DNA of 64,000 nucleotides, taken from assembly GCF_006345805.1 (NCBI RefSeq), contig NC_043018.1, positions 19,902,001-19,966,000 on the forward strand. The letters are read 5' to 3'. Origin of the DNA: Octopus sinensis (lineage: Eukaryota). A program made the position numbers and the translations under genes. Under the pieces are notes generated by a model. The model did not search any database, was not told where the DNA came from, and saw nothing but the letters and a program-made list of their open reading frames with translations. Positions 50,414 to 64,000 of this stretch are shown here, in pieces. Position 1 is the stretch's first letter; each line of letters starts with the position of its first letter.

Positions 50414-51555
50414 TTAGATACCATATTTGACTCTTGGCAATGCTTGGACACTTCTTGTGATTCTTCTTCACTTCCATCTTCTCCCAAACATTTTATTCAC
50501 GAAACCATTAACGTTATTTTCTCTGGTGGTCTGGTTTCAAGGAATCACAGTACTAGGAATGTATCTTCTGTTATTCTGATTTTGTAATTTAATATCTGTG
50601 GCTGTTTTTGAATCAACAGCAACAGAGTTGCAAGAATTGTTGAGATTCTCCTCTGTCTGTGAGAACGAGTATTGTTCCTGTAACTATGAAATTGGCTGAG
50701 AACATGGATATAATGCAACCCATTGCCCTGGAGCATCAGTTATTCATGAGCTCCCAATGAAGCAAAAATGTTGAATTGTAAGATCTGAAGATGTTGTTTT
50801 GAAGTTTCTTTAGTAATTAGGATTCCTTTGGCTACTCATTAAATTCCAAAGATACAATGGTTTTTCTCTCCAGTTAGATAATAAGATTTTACTATTATGA
50901 CAGCTGTTATGGAATTTACTATCTGAGGAAGAGAACTCCCTAAGAAGAAGTGTTTAACTCTTCAAAATTACAAAAAAAAAAAAAAATCCCTGGAACATTT
51001 GGAGGATGCAATAAATATTCATCTGAAATAAAAGTGTTGTTTTTCTTATTTTTAATTCTTACATTTCTTCTATTTTGAAGAACAGAAATTATTGAAAATT
51101 TCAATACGAATCAAAGAAATATTTAGATTTCTTTTTCTCTTGTCTTGATGCATTTTCTTCAATTTTTGCAGTTCTTCCATTTTGAATAACATTTACATTT
51201 CTTTGTCTTGTACTGATGCTATTTTCTTCGATTTTGGGAGCAGTAAGAACCCCAGATCTCTCTCCAGCAATTAACCCCCTCCTCTTGTTTTTCTCCTACA
51301 TTTCCATTTCACCATCTTTTAATTATTCATCATGTTTCTTTTCCAAAGCCTTTCTTAATTTTTTCCTTGTTTTTTTTTTTTACCTTCTTTGAATTGTTCT
51401 TTCCAGCCTTACATTGGCTTCTTCTTGTGATTCTTGTTGTCCTTTTATTCAAAGCTTCCTTTTCTCTCCAGTTCCTCTTATAATCTTCATGGTTTTTGCT
51501 TTAGTTTTTCCTGCAGTTCAAACTTTAGTTTGTTATTTTTTCTCTCTTTTTACCT

Positions 51556-51772
51556 AGAAGCTTTAGCACGCCAGGCGAAATGCGTAGCCGTATTTCGTCT
51601 GCCGCTACGTTCTGAGTTCAAATTCCGCCGAGGTCGACTTTGCCTTTCATCCTTTCGGGGTCGATAAATTAAGTACCAGTTACTCACTGGGGTCGATATA
51701 ATTGACTTAATCCCTTTGCCTGTCCTTGTTTGTCCCCTCTATGTTTAGCCCCTTGTGGGCACTAAAGAAATA
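51556..51772 (+). mobile_element. Family M SINE
   Basis: GAGTTCAAATTCCGCCGAGGTCGACTTTGCC...GGGCACTAAAGAAATA. Confidence 0.88.
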
Positions 51773-51904
51773 TCTTTTTACCTGTTTTCACCTGCAAATA
51801 CCTGTTGTACATTTGCTGAGTCTGTATTACATATTGTCGTTCCTTGAGCTTCGTGTTCTTACACTCTCTTTGCATTTCCTTGGCCAGTTGCTGCGGTGAA
51901 TGAG

Positions 51905-52145
51905 AAATATAGAATTGGGTAGGTGAGGATGTTCCAATCCTGATCACAAGATTTTGGTTTTGATTCCTGGGTCGGGCAGTGCCTTGTGCTCGTGAGCAAG
52001 GCATTTTGTTCCACATTGCTCCAGTCCACTCAGCTGAGAATGAGTAACTTTGCAATGGGCTGGTGCCTCATTCAAAGGGAATGTAGTGACCTCAGTCACT
52101 CATTCATCATAGAAACTGAGTAACCGAGCCTGTGACTCATAGAAC
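51905..52145 (+). mobile_element. Old tRNA-headed SINE of a different family (diverged)
   Basis: GGTTTGATTCCTGGG B-box-like; GAGCAAGGCATTT...TTGCTCCAGTCCACTCAGCTG body. Confidence 0.5.
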
Positions 52146-52949
52146 TGAAGGCACTCAGTAATGTCCAGGGGTCAGGGATGTGGATTGTGAGGTGGTGAGG
52201 AGAGTTGAGGGAGAGAGATACAAAGTTATTTGGTGTAAGTCTTGTCATAAAAATATCAAGACTCACCTATAAATACTTCGATTAGAATAGAAACAATATT
52301 AATTATGAGAAAAATGTTAGTTTTAGTTAGAAGTTTAGGAAGAAGAATCAGAGTTAAATATCAAGAAAGGAAGAGTATTACGAATAAATATTTAAATAAT
52401 TATATGGACAATGTATGGAAAGTGGCATTAAACAGAAAATAAAAAAAGGTGAGACAAAATCTGTAATGAGGTGTAAATTATAGAATAAAGAACATTTACT
52501 TCTTTTAATGGAATAATAATTGGTAAGGAAAGAAAATTTATATTTAGGCCATCTTTTTCACTTTTTAAAAAGTGAAAACCTACCTAGAAAGATTTAAATC
52601 AGGGAGAGAGATGTATTATCATCATCATCATTGTTGTTGTCATCCTCATCACCATTACCTTCATCAGTCATCATTGCCGTTCTCTTCCACCTTGTTCCCC
52701 TCCTCTTCGTAATCATCCTCGTTTTTATGTCCATTTTTCCATGCTTGCATGGGTTGGATGAGTCCTCACAGCATCTAAACACTTGTTGTGTTTTTTCTCA
52801 TCTCCTTCGTGAGTTTCATCATCCTGAAACCAGCCCTTGCTACATCTGCCTATGTCTTCCTTGGTTTTTCCTCTTCTACCAATTCCTTCCATATCAATCT
52901 CCTGTCACTTCGTCACTCACTTTCCATCATCCATATACATTATATGGAT

Positions 52950-53336
52950 GGATGGAAGCACTCTGTCGGTAACGACGATGAGGGTTCCGGTTGATCCGAA
53001 TCAACAGAACAGCCTGCTCGTGAAATTAACATGTAAGTCGCTGAGCACTCCACAGACACGTGTAACCTTAACGTAGTTCTCGGGATATCAGCATGACACA
53101 GAGAGTGACAAGGCCGGCCCTTTGAAATACAGGTACAACAGAAACAGGAAGTAAGAGTGAGAGAAAGTTGGTGGGTGAAAGAGTACAGCAGGGATCACCA
53201 CCATCCCTGCGGAGCCTCGTGGAGCTTTTTTTAGGTGTTTTCGCTCAATAACACTCACAACGCCCGGTCTCAGAATCGAAACCACGTCCTATGACCGCGA
53301 GTCCGCTGCCCTAACCACTGGGCCATTGCGCCTCCA
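52950..53336 (-). mobile_element. Family R SINE, full length (long-tail subfamily)
   Basis: Reverse complement of 815-1188 plus an intact GGAGGCGCAATGGCCCAGTGG start. Confidence 0.9.
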
Positions 53337-53656
53337 CATACATTATATACCCATAACAGTTAAACCATCCCATTTTCACTCTACAACTCAGTTTTCCTCT
53401 CAGCTCATCTCTGCCTCATCATTCATGCACAGTAACATTACACATCTGAGGATAGCACTCATCTCATTCCTTTCCAACCTTTACACATCCTCTGCATTCA
53501 GTGTCCACATCTCATTGCCATGCAGCATTACAGTTCATACACCCAGTTTCATGCAACCTTCCCTTTCATTGAAGAGAGAAACCCTTCATGGTCAGAAAAG
53601 ATTACAGCTTCCTAAACTTTCTACCCTCTATTCTAATTCCAGCTATTCTAATATAA

Positions 53657-53888
53657 GGTGGCGAGCTGGCAGACACGTTGGCACGCCGGGCGAAATGCTT
53701 AGCGGTATTTCGTCTGTCGTTATGTTCTGAGTTCAAATTCCACCGAGGTCCACTTTGCCTTTCATCCTTTCGGGGTCGATTAAATAAGTACCAGTTTTGC
53801 ACTGGGGTCGATGTAATCGACTTAATCCGTTTGTCTGTCCTTGTTTGTTCCCTCTGTGTTTAGCCCCTTGTGGGCAGTAAAGAAATAT
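53657..53888 (+). mobile_element. Family M SINE, full length, with 16-bp TSD
   Basis: TATTCTAATTCCAGCT at 53629-44 and 53888-903. Confidence 0.92.
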
Positions 53889-53934
53889 ATTCTAATTCCA
53901 GCTTTTATGCTTTCGGAACCCCCCCCCCACTCCC

Positions 53935-54190
53935 ATCCCTGTTGATAAGATCACCAAGGATACAGAAGCTGTCACCACTTCGACAGAGCATTCTGAGCAT
54001 TGCCACGGGCCATGTCAGACGATATATTCTGGAGACTTCCACACCTCAGCGAAGGAGGAAGACTACTTGGTCACATTGATGCTGTTGGCAGAGAGACAGG
54101 TGACATGGAACCAAGGATCTACCAAAGTTAATGGTGAACAGAGATTCCAGGCATAGCATTGTCAAATGCGTTTCAGCCGCAGGGGCTTGA
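53935..54190 (+). pseudogene. Possible decayed RTE/RTEX-like LINE C-terminus
   Basis: ..EHCHGP.. and ..RRRKTTW..RDR*HGTKDLPKLMVNRDSRHSIV.., resembling GHCxRA / GRPxxTY / DLPxxMxxRxxWRxIV; recall only. Confidence 0.4.
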
Positions 54191-54223
54191 AGAAAGTGGA
54201 GGAGGAGGAGGAGAAGAGGAGGA

Positions 54224-54262
<39 letters not shown>

Positions 54263-54357
54263 CAGTAGTAGTAGTGCAAGCTGCTGAATAAACTACTGAG
54301 AACCAGGATAAATGATTGACTAATTTGTGTTCAATCTTAAATCTTAAATCATTTTTT

Positions 54358-54581
54358 TTACTTCTTTTATTTGTTTCAGTCATTAGACCGCGGCCATGCT
54401 GGGGCACTGCCTTGAATTTTTAGTCGAATGAATTGACCCCAGTACTTCCTTTTTAAGCCTGGTACTTATTTTATCAGCTTCCTTTGCCAAACTGCTAAGT
54501 TATGGGGATGCAAACACACCAACATCGGTCGTCAAGCAGTGGGTGGGAGAGACAAACACTGACACAAATATATACATGTAG

Positions 54582-54626
<45 letters not shown>

Positions 54627-54775
54627 GCTTCTTTAAATTTCTCTCTATCAAATCCACTCCCAAGGCTTTGGTTGGCTCGGGGCTATAGTAGAAGACACTT
54701 GCCCAAGGGGCCATGCAGTGGAACTGAACCTGAGATCATGTGGTTGAGAAGCAAGATTCTTACCACACAGCCATG
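54358..54775 (-). mobile_element. Family K SINE, diverged full length
   Basis: TTGTTTCAGTCATT...ACCACACAGCCA. Confidence 0.82.
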
Positions 54776-55434
54776 GTAGTAACAACTTTAACTGTTACAC
54801 TGGCCATACAACATCCAACTTTGCTTGGCAACTGACTATGCATCTACAACGGGGAGCTGTTGCAATGGATTATATTTTGCACTGCACAATATATGCACTT
54901 CAGAGGAAAACTTTATATTCTTTTATTGGTTATCATTATTCTATTCTACACAGAATTCCTTCAACCTTGCTAAGGAAAAATATGTAAGTGATCATTCCCA
55001 AAAGCTATATTAATAGCAGAATATAACAGGAAATCCAATATAGAGATACTGCACGCTACCAATGGAATAAGATCAGATACTATGGCCGGCCATACTATTT
55101 CAGGATTGCTGAATGGAAGATGACATCAACAATCAGAAAATTTAAAATCCACTGATAACGAATATCATTCCCGTGATACTTGTGTGCCATAAAATGGCAA
55201 TAAGAAGCACCACTCATGCCGTTTTGGGCAAAAGATAAGAGCAGGAAGGTCTTGAGATGTTGCTGGAACCGGGAAATTTATTGTTCCAAGGAATATAAAA
55301 GAATGGAATGGAAATATGAAAAAAATCGGTCGTACAAAACTTTAAAAGAAGAGAAAAGCAGGCTATGATGTCAATACTTATCTCTCCTTCTTCTTTCTTC
55401 ACTCTCTTTCTCTTTCTCTCTCTCTCACTTTCTC

Positions 55435-55489
55435 AATATATACATATATACATGCATATATATATGAGTTATATATATATATATAGTTA

Positions 55490-55545
<56 letters not shown>

Positions 55546-55824
55546 TATATGTACGTATATATAGTATAATTATATATGTACGTATATATATATAGTTATA
55601 TATAATATATATATAGTTGTATACATATATACACACACACAATATTTATATATATATATAATATATATATATATATTATATATATATATATATATATACG
55701 TATATATATATATTTGATTTTTTAACATCTTTCCTCCATTTTTATATTGTTTATGGTATCTTTATACCTTTGAGGAACTTTTTCAAATATATTTTTTTAT
55801 ATGTATATATATATATATATATAT

Positions 55825-55874
<50 letters not shown>

Positions 55875-55932
55875 ATATATATAATATATATTTATATACG
55901 TTTGTATATTATATGTGTGTGTGTGTGTGTGT

Positions 55933-55980
<48 letters not shown>

Positions 55981-56010
55981 AATATATATATATATATTTA
56001 TATACGTTTG

Positions 56011-56043
<33 letters not shown>

Positions 56044-56208
56044 TTATATATATATATATACATACATATGCATATATATGCACAGGCATACATATATACA
56101 CACACACCAATATACCTATACATACATATATATATAAATATTACACACACACATGTATAATCACACATACACACAGATATTTACACATTCACACTTATAC
56201 ACACAACT

Positions 56209-56239
<31 letters not shown>

Positions 56240-56240
56240 A
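55435..56240. repeat. (TA)n/(TG)n/(CA)n compound tract
   Basis: Direct reading. Confidence 0.93.
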
Positions 56241-56556
56241 TATGTGTGTGTGCAAGTGTATGAAACACTTGGTGAAGATGATTCTAACATTTACTGTGCA
56301 GAAGAATTATTCTAATGCATAGTCTTTGACCAACAGCCAATAATAGCAACGACGCATCATCGTGCATTCCTGATTCCTGGCACCGGGTGAGGCTGATTTC
56401 TTTCCGATTTGTCATAATAGCTCTGCTGCATCCTTCCCTGGCCCTCCTCACCCATTTTCACTTTAGATTTTTTCTCTCGGTGAAAGAGCAATGTAGTTGT
56501 CTCCCTTTTATTTTTCCCGTTAAGGCAAGAAGTTACAGTTGTGGCTGAATGATTAA

Positions 56557-56777
56557 CCCTTTCGTTACTGTATTTATTTTGAGATGCTCTGTGTTTCTTT
56601 CAATTATTTTAAATATAACAAAGAATTTAGTAAAATAACTTAGTTATCATTGAGCAAGTATTAGGAATATAAATTGCAACTAAAGTTTGGTGGTATATTT
56701 TGATGCAAAACTTATGAAAACAAGACATTTGTACTACAGAGCCAGAGCCGGTTTTGGCCGGGTTGGTAACGAAAGGG
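56557..56777. mobile_element. piggyBac-type MITE, best-preserved copy
   Basis: TTAA 56553-56 | CCCTTTCGTTAC...GTAACGAAAGGG | TTAA 56778-81. Confidence 0.88.
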
Positions 56778-57194
56778 TTAAGAGGTTTGCTTTGCAAGAA
56801 CAAAGTCCTGGGTTCAATGCCATTGCATGGTATCTTGGAAAAAATGTCACGTTTTATAGCTTTGGGTTAACTCGTATCATGTTAGTGAAACGGTGTAGAA
56901 AGGAAACTGTAGAAAAGCCTCTTTTGTGAGCTCTACTTGTGATTCAAAAGGAGACGGCTTTGTTACATACTGGGTCATATTGGTCCTGCTTAAGGATTGT
57001 TACTTTAAGGGTACACATATCTGTGGAATATGCAACCACTTGCATGTTAAATCAAGAATAGGTAATTCAGTAGATCAAACAACTGAATCTTCATTGCCGA
57101 ATGATGGAGATCTATCCAACCACACACACACACATCCATATATATATATGCATGCACATACACACACATGCATGCACACACACACAAACACAAC

Positions 57195-57244
<50 letters not shown>

Positions 57245-58099
57245 TAATATACTCACACACACAAACATATATATACATATATGTATACACATATATTTTT
57301 AATTACACACATACACATAATTTTATATTCTGATAGAAACTTTGTAGTAAGTATGCTGTTTAAAGCCCAGTCTACAGTATTCGGCTACCTGATGTTATCA
57401 ACAGTATATGCCACAGGATTTACTTTAGGAATTCTTTTGCATCCATAGAATTTATATAAAAAATGTGATAGACAAAAAATGGAATTCACAGGACCCTTTA
57501 TTCAAAACCACTACGGTTGTTTCAACTCATCATCACTGGTACCTTACAGGTGAGATGCATCACAGGTACAGATGTGTCTCCTCAGATGACTTTTCAAAAA
57601 GTACCTCCTTTTTTTTTTACTTGCTGTTTTGCTTATTTCTATAACAATCCCTTTTGGTTGGTGTAGCATTCCATCCAAATCCATAAGGAGCAGAGACAGA
57701 ATAAAACAATCCTTCTCATATGAACTATAGAATAAAGAATACAAGAATAAAAGAATAAGGAATCGAAAACTAGAATAAAATAAAATGGACAACGCTGATA
57801 ATATGACCCTAGTTATATAAAAACATGAAATATATATACGATAAAAATACAATAGGATTGTTCTGCTGACCTTTATATTTCAATCGTTAGCATATACATA
57901 TATTTGTAAAGAAACGAACTATCCCTGGCTTAATTAATTATATAAATGTGCTGTCCTTTCATTAAAAATATCATGACCATAATTATGAATATAATGATTA
58001 TAAGCACTTTAGATTAACTATATCGAGCCATCTTCATTAGTATTCTATGAAACAATATATGAAGATATCAGCATGGGTTGGAGAGGGAAAATATATACA

Positions 58100-58264
58100 G
58101 AGTCCCAGAGGTTGCTGTGTGGTAAGAAGCTTGCTTCCCAACCACATGGTTCTGGGTTCCGTCCCACTGTGTGAACACCTTGGAAAAGTCTCTTCTAATA
58201 TAGCCTCAGGCCGACCATAGCCTTGTGGATTTGGTAAAAGGAAACTGAAAGAATCCCATTGTAT

Positions 58265-58301
<37 letters not shown>

Positions 58302-58978
58302 AGGTCCTGTCAATTGTGCATGAGTGTTCATATGTGCTGATATCACTGCCTTTGCACAGCATCTCACCTGTAAGGTGTGTTGCATGATGGGTCAAAATGA
58401 TTGAAATGGCTTTGAATGAAGAATCCATTTTCTGTCTCTCATCTCTTTATATATATATACATGCATGACTGATGCCAGTGCCACCTGACTGGCTCCCATG
58501 CTAGTGGCATGTAAAAAGCACCCACTATACTCTTGTAGTGGTTGGCGTTAGCAAAGGCATCCAGCTGTAGAAACTTTGCCAGATCAGATTGGAACCTAGT
58601 ACTTATTCTATTGGTCTCTTTTGCCGAACCGCTAAGTTACGGGGATGTAAACACATCAGCATTGGTTGTCATGCGATGTTGGGGGTCAAACACAGATACA
58701 CAGACATATACACATGCATACATATATATATATATATTTATATATATATTTCTTTATTGCCCACAGGGGGCTAAACATAGTGGGTACAAACAAGAACAGA
58801 CAAAGGTATTAAGTCGATTAAATCAACCCCACTACGTAACTGGTACTTATTTAATCGACCCCGAAAGGATGAAAGGCAAAGTCGACCTCGGTGGAATTTG
58901 AACTCAGAACGTAACAGCAGACGAAATATGGCTACGCATTTCGCCCGGTGTGCTGACGTTTCTGCCAGCTCGCCGCCT
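58100..58978. mobile_element. Cluster: K 5' part (+, ~58100-58295), truncated T (+, ~58462-58590), K fragment (-, ~58594-58735), M (-, ~58748-58978)
   Basis: Family-diagnostic motifs as above. Confidence 0.8.
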
Positions 58979-59490
58979 TGATCTTATATCTGCTTGATTG
59001 GAGATGACCTGGAGACACACAGCAAGATAGTAAGACCACTGAAGGAGGAGGACGGAGAAGAGGAGGTGGGAAAAGAGGAAGGTGGAGGTAGAGGAAGGTT
59101 GTAAATATTTGATTGCATTTCAGGATGTAGGGATGAAAGCAGAAATGAAAGGTAAAAATTAGAGAAGGTGTGGTGGTGGTGGTGGGGGGGGGGTATGTCT
59201 TAAAAACAGTATTAAATAAAAGGACCATTATTAAAGGGATTGACACCTGGAAAATATCAATATTGAGATATTGCTTGGCCTTTCTTTACACTATGAAACA
59301 AAAAAACAATTAATAAATATATAGAGAAAACAAAGTTGACATTCTACACTTAGCAATTATATGATGAAAGAGACGAGGAAATGTTTATACACGGAGCCAA
59401 GCAAATACATGGAAGAAAAATGAGTTATAAACAAAAGAGAAAATGGTAAAAGGATATAAGAATAGAAAACCAGAAACAAAAGGAGTTCTT

Positions 59491-59710
59491 ATGAACGGTT
59501 TTGTTGGATCAACAGAAGACACAACAGGAGATGAACAATGAACTTGATTGGAAAAAATTGCCGACATAAGAAAGGAGAAGAGAGAAGCCTGATTGTTGCT
59601 GTCCAAGTTCAAGCAATTAAAGCAAATATTGGTAGACGGTGTCGGCGGTGGGATTATGTCAGATGTGTATTAAAGTATGCAAATCTGTCAACCATGTAAT
59701 GTGTGAATAG
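59491..59710 (+). pseudogene. Decayed R4/Dong-like retrotransposon fragment (post-RT zinc-knuckle region)
   Basis: MNGFVGSTEDTTGDEQ*T*LEK..IRKE / SLIVAVQVQAIKAN / CQMCIKVCKSVNHVMC across two frameshifts; resembles MHG..W.WL..G.LKKETESLIxAAQxQAIxTN..CRxC..ETVxH..C. Confidence 0.65.
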
Positions 59711-59964
59711 AGCAAGATGGAATCGGGGACAATATGGAGGATGGTTAAGGAATGGTGGAAAGGATGGTGGTAAGAGATGAAGGTCAGTGAGGAATTTTGA
59801 ATTCCATGTTACATGGAAAATGGTTGCATCACTAGAAATGTTAGTGGAAATGAATGCTCTAAGATCCTGTCGGGTGTTACGGTGTTAACTGTTCGTTCAT
59901 GTGATAGGGAGAGAAAGACTTGATTACAAAAGAGAAAGATAGACAGACTGAATGATAAGATAGT

Positions 59965-60007
<43 letters not shown>

Positions 60008-60045
60008 AAAGATAGATAGGAACTTTTCAGCATCTTACTGATATG

Positions 60046-60079
<34 letters not shown>

Positions 60080-60082
60080 TAT

Positions 60083-60487
60083 ATACTCTTTTACTTGTTT
60101 CAGTCATTTGACTGTGGCCATGCTGGAGCACCGCCTTTAGTCGAGCAAATCGACCCCGGGACTTATTCTTTGTAAGCCCAGTTCTTATTCTATCGGTCTC
60201 TTTTACCAAACCGCTAAGTGATGGGGACGTAAACACACTAGCATCGGTTGTCAAGCAACGCTAGGTAGACAAACACAGACACACAAGCACATACACACAC
60301 ATACATATATATATATACATATATACGACAAGCTTCTTTCAGTTTCCGTCTACCAAATCCACTCACAAGGCATTGATCGGCCCGGAGCTATAGCAGAAGA
60401 CACTTGCCCAAGATGCCACGCAGTGGGACTGAACCTGGAACAATATGGTTGGTTAGCAAGCTACTTACCACACAGCCACTCCTGTGC
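60083..60487 (-). mobile_element. Family K SINE, full length
   Basis: CTCTTTTACTTGTTTCAGTC...ACAGCCACTCCTGTGCC. Confidence 0.9.
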
Positions 60488-60889
60488 CTATATATCTCAG
60501 CAAGTCCATGCAAAGGTTCCAACCATCCAAGAAGTTCTTGTGCATGGATTCGTTTAGAATGAATAATGTTTTGTACATGGCCATAGCTTTCATGTTTTAA
60601 TCGAAAATGGAGACAAACACCGACGTTCCATGTTGTAGGTTTGATAATTATTGAGATATTTCTTAGCATGAAACCTATGGTAGCCTTTATACATAAATAC
60701 ACACACGCACACACACATATGTATATACACACATTAGAAGTTAGAAATACCAATTTGAGACAGAAAAGGGAAACTGGCAGATTGAGGCTACCCAAAATTT
60801 GGAGGCTTCTAAATGTCTAATATCATTAAAATTAAATTGTCAGTACTTAATTAATTTTCTTTATTACTTTACCATCATGGTAAATATAT

Positions 60890-60927
<38 letters not shown>

Positions 60928-61104
60928 ATAAATCTGGGATCTGGAATTATCCAATAATGTTTTTGCTAGTTTATTTTGTCTCTTTGTCTTCTCTCCTGGT
61001 GCTCTATGAACATTTAATGTGGTTTTAGAGTCAAGTTTTGGCTTCTATATCTAGCATGGTGGTATCTCTTAGATACCCTTAACTATAATTTTATATATAT
61101 ATTT

Positions 61105-61392
61105 GGCCGATGCCAGCGCCGCCTTGACTGGCTCCCGTGCCAGTGGCACGTTAAAAGCACCAACCGATCGTGGTCGCTGCCAGACTCCCCTGGCACCTGT
61201 GCCGGTGGCACATAAAAAGCACCCACTACACTCGCGGAGTGATTGGCGTTAGGAAGGGCATCCAGCTGTAGAAACACTGCCAGATCAGACTGGAGCCTGG
61301 TGCAACCCCTGGCTTCCCAGATCCCGGTCGAACCTTCCAACCCATGCTAGTGTGGAAAACAGACGTTAAACAATGATGATGATGATGATGAT
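61105..61392 (+). mobile_element. Family T with two modules
   Basis: GTGCCAGTGGCACGTTAAAAGCACC and GTGCCGGTGGCACATAAAAAGCACCC. Confidence 0.88.
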
Positions 61393-62356
61393 ATATATTT
61401 GGTAGCAGTCTCATTGATCCTGGAGGAATAAAAAGTTAGTCAGCTAGGCTGGTATTTGAACCCAAAGACAAATATGAAAGATACAGAAATATATGAATAC
61501 CACAAGGCATTTCATTTACATATTTTAATGGTGGTGGTGGTGGTAGTAGTAGTAGCAATAGCAGCAACGGTGGTAATGATGATGCTGATGATAATGATGG
61601 CAACGATTCCATGATAATGGGATATGATATGTCTTAAAAAGAAATTTTATCCAAGAATCTGGATATAGATTACTTAGGCAAACACCCAAAGGTTTCCATA
61701 TAAAGATAGCATTACACTTATCTACCATAATGACTATCACGGCAGCAATGATGCCAGTGGTGATAGCAATAACACATAACAGTTACAATAATAACAACAA
61801 CAACAGTATTGATAATTATGGTGATGGCGATGATGATGATAGCAATAATGCTGATGCACTCAGCTATTATCTGTTATTAGTGGCGGGTAGTAAAATATGA
61901 TGAGAAATTGCAATATAACATAATTCCGATAGTTTTTGCTTCCATATTTAGTGTGACAGTAACGTAGGAGATAAACCTCAGCAATCGTAATAAAACAATA
62001 TAGAAAATTGTTTATGCCACTTCTCAATATTCCATTGGCGTTTGAATATGGCCTGTTGTTGCTGTTGTTGCTGTTGTTGTTGTTGCTTGTTGCACAAATA
62101 GCAATGGTAATGATTGAAAGATTTCTGGAGGGCCCCCCCCAGGATGGGAAGTAACTGTGAGTCTGTGCGTGTGAGTGTGTATTGGGTTGTGTGTGTGTGT
62201 GATTTGTTTAGCTGTTAGTAAACAGGGATTAAGAGGTGTATTGAAGATGCTTATAAGGAAACCACATATACACACACATATATATATACATGCATACAGA
62301 CAACCATGCATTATATATTCTTTCTCTCTTCCACACTCTTTCTCTCTCTCTCTCTC

Positions 62357-62400
<44 letters not shown>

Positions 62401-62541
62401 GGAGTAAACACATAAATGTGAAACAAGGTGGAAAAAAGACGAACAGGAACATGAAACTCAGAGTAACAGGTTTTGTTGAATTTTTGCTGCTTTTAAATAA
62501 AGTATATATATATACACGCGTTATATGTGTTTATATGTATG

Positions 62542-62572
<31 letters not shown>

Positions 62573-62574
62573 CC

Positions 62575-63125
62575 TGGCGTTAAGAAGGGCATCCAGCTGT
62601 AGAAACATTGCCAGATAAGACTGGAGCCTGGTGCAGCCTTCTGGCTTCCCAGATCCCCGGTCGAACCGTCCAACCCATGCTAGAATGGAGAACGGACGTT
62701 AAACGATGATGATGATGATGATATATATATATATATATATTAGGTGTGTTTGTGTGTGTGTATCATCATCATCGTTTAACATCTGCCTGCCATGCTGGCA
62801 TGGGTGGAATGGTTTGACAAGAGGTGGCCAGGCATAAGCCTGCACCAGACTTCTCTAACTGATGTCACAAGATTTTTACAGCTGGATGCCCTTCCTAATA
62901 CCAACCACTCAGCAGAGTGGACTTCGGGCTTTTTACATAGCACAAACGCAGGCAAGGTCAGTTTTGGCAAAGTTTTTTTATAGCTGGATGCCCTTCCTAA
63001 CACCAACCACTCAGCAAAGTGGACTTGGTGCTGTTTTACGTGGCACAAGCACAGGCGAGGTCAGTTTTGGCAAGGTTTTTTTACGGCTGGATGCCCTTCC
63101 AAATGCCAGCCACTTTACAGTGTGG
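62575..63125. mobile_element. T tail (+, ~62575-62722) and tail-to-tail diverged T-like element (-, ~62762-63125) with triplicated GCTGGATGCCCTTCC segment
   Basis: GCTGGATGCCCTTCC at ~62881, ~62983 and ~63086. Confidence 0.8.
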
Positions 63126-63235
63126 ACTTTTTGGTTGTTTTGACTGCTCCTTCTAGTTTGTAAGGCTGCCTGTTAAGGGTCACCTCTTTTGTGTTTAAAT
63201 GTACCCTAATTTTATATGTATATGTGTATATATAT

Positions 63236-63645
63236 AGGCGCAGGAGTGGCTGTGTGGTAAGTAGCTTGCTAACCAAACACATGGTTCCGGGTTCAGCCAC
63301 TGCGTGCATCTCGGGCAAGTGTCTTCTGCTATAGCCCCGGGCCGACCAATGCCTTGTGAGTGGATTTGTAGACGGAAACTGAAAGAAGCCTGTCGTATAT
63401 ATGTATATATATATATATGGTGTGTGTGTGTGTGTTGTGTGTCTGTGTTTGTCCCTAGCATCGCTTGACAACCGATGCTGGTGTGTTTACGTCCCCGTCT
63501 TAGCGGTTCGCAAAAGAGACCGATAGAATAAGTACTGGGCTTACAAAAAGATAAGTCCCGGGGTCGATTTGCTCGACTAAAGGTGGTGCTCAGCATGGCC
63601 GCAGTCAAATGAATGAAACAAGTAAAAGAGTAAGAGTAAAGAGTA
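63236..63645 (+). mobile_element. Family K SINE, full length
   Basis: GGCGCAGGAGTGGCTGTGTGG...TAAAAGAGTAAGAGTAAAGAG. Confidence 0.9.
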
Positions 63646-63846
63646 ATATAAAAGTAACAAACTGAGGGAAATTGTAATTGCTGTGATGATTGAATAGTTA
63701 ACACTCACGCTTCATAACACAGACATTCGAATTAATTTTACAATCCAGCTGTCTTTTCACACGGAATTTCATCTATCTTTACACTATGACCCTAACGTAA
63801 CTTCTGTATATATATATAAATTATATTTATATATATATATATATTA

Positions 63847-63884
<38 letters not shown>

Positions 63885-63928
63885 TATATATATATTTAAT
63901 ATATATATATATATATATAATATATATA

Positions 63929-64000
63929 AGAGGCGGCGAGCTGGCACAATCGTAGCACGCTGGGCGAAATGCCGTAGCGTATTTCGTCGGCCGTTTACGT
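63929..64000 (+). mobile_element. Family M SINE head, cut by the window end
   Basis: GAGGCGGCGAGCTGGCAC...GGGCGAAATGC. Confidence 0.8.

Overview
AT-rich eukaryotic non-coding DNA dominated by microsatellites and interspersed repeats. The repeat repertoire looks like an octopus (coleoid cephalopod) genome; this is inferred from recall, not from a database search. No intact host protein-coding gene is supported. Nearly all ORFs in the supplied track are translations of (TA)n, (CA)n, (ATT)n, (GAT)n and (TATC)n tracts or of repeats. What the sequence does support: (1) three tRNA-headed SINE families, named here by descriptive labels R, K and M; (2) a very abundant RTE-type 3' tail family (T) carrying a variable number of ~62-bp modules, each able to fold as an H-type pseudoknot; (3) decayed coding fragments of RTE, RTEX-like, CR1-like and R4/Dong-like LINEs, a DD37D (maT) transposase and a Penelope-like ORF; (4) non-autonomous Helitrons and TTAA-flanked piggyBac-type MITEs; (5) at least five sequence-unrelated families of minimal type I hammerhead-ribozyme motifs. 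Two of these lie in ~350-bp tandem arrays that resemble retrozymes or non-autonomous Penelope-like elements; one array is bounded by a 13-bp direct repeat and carries an inverted 5' arm. A few candidate microexons are flagged at low confidence. Motif-level coordinates were counted by hand; repeat boundaries are approximate (about +/-10-20 bp).
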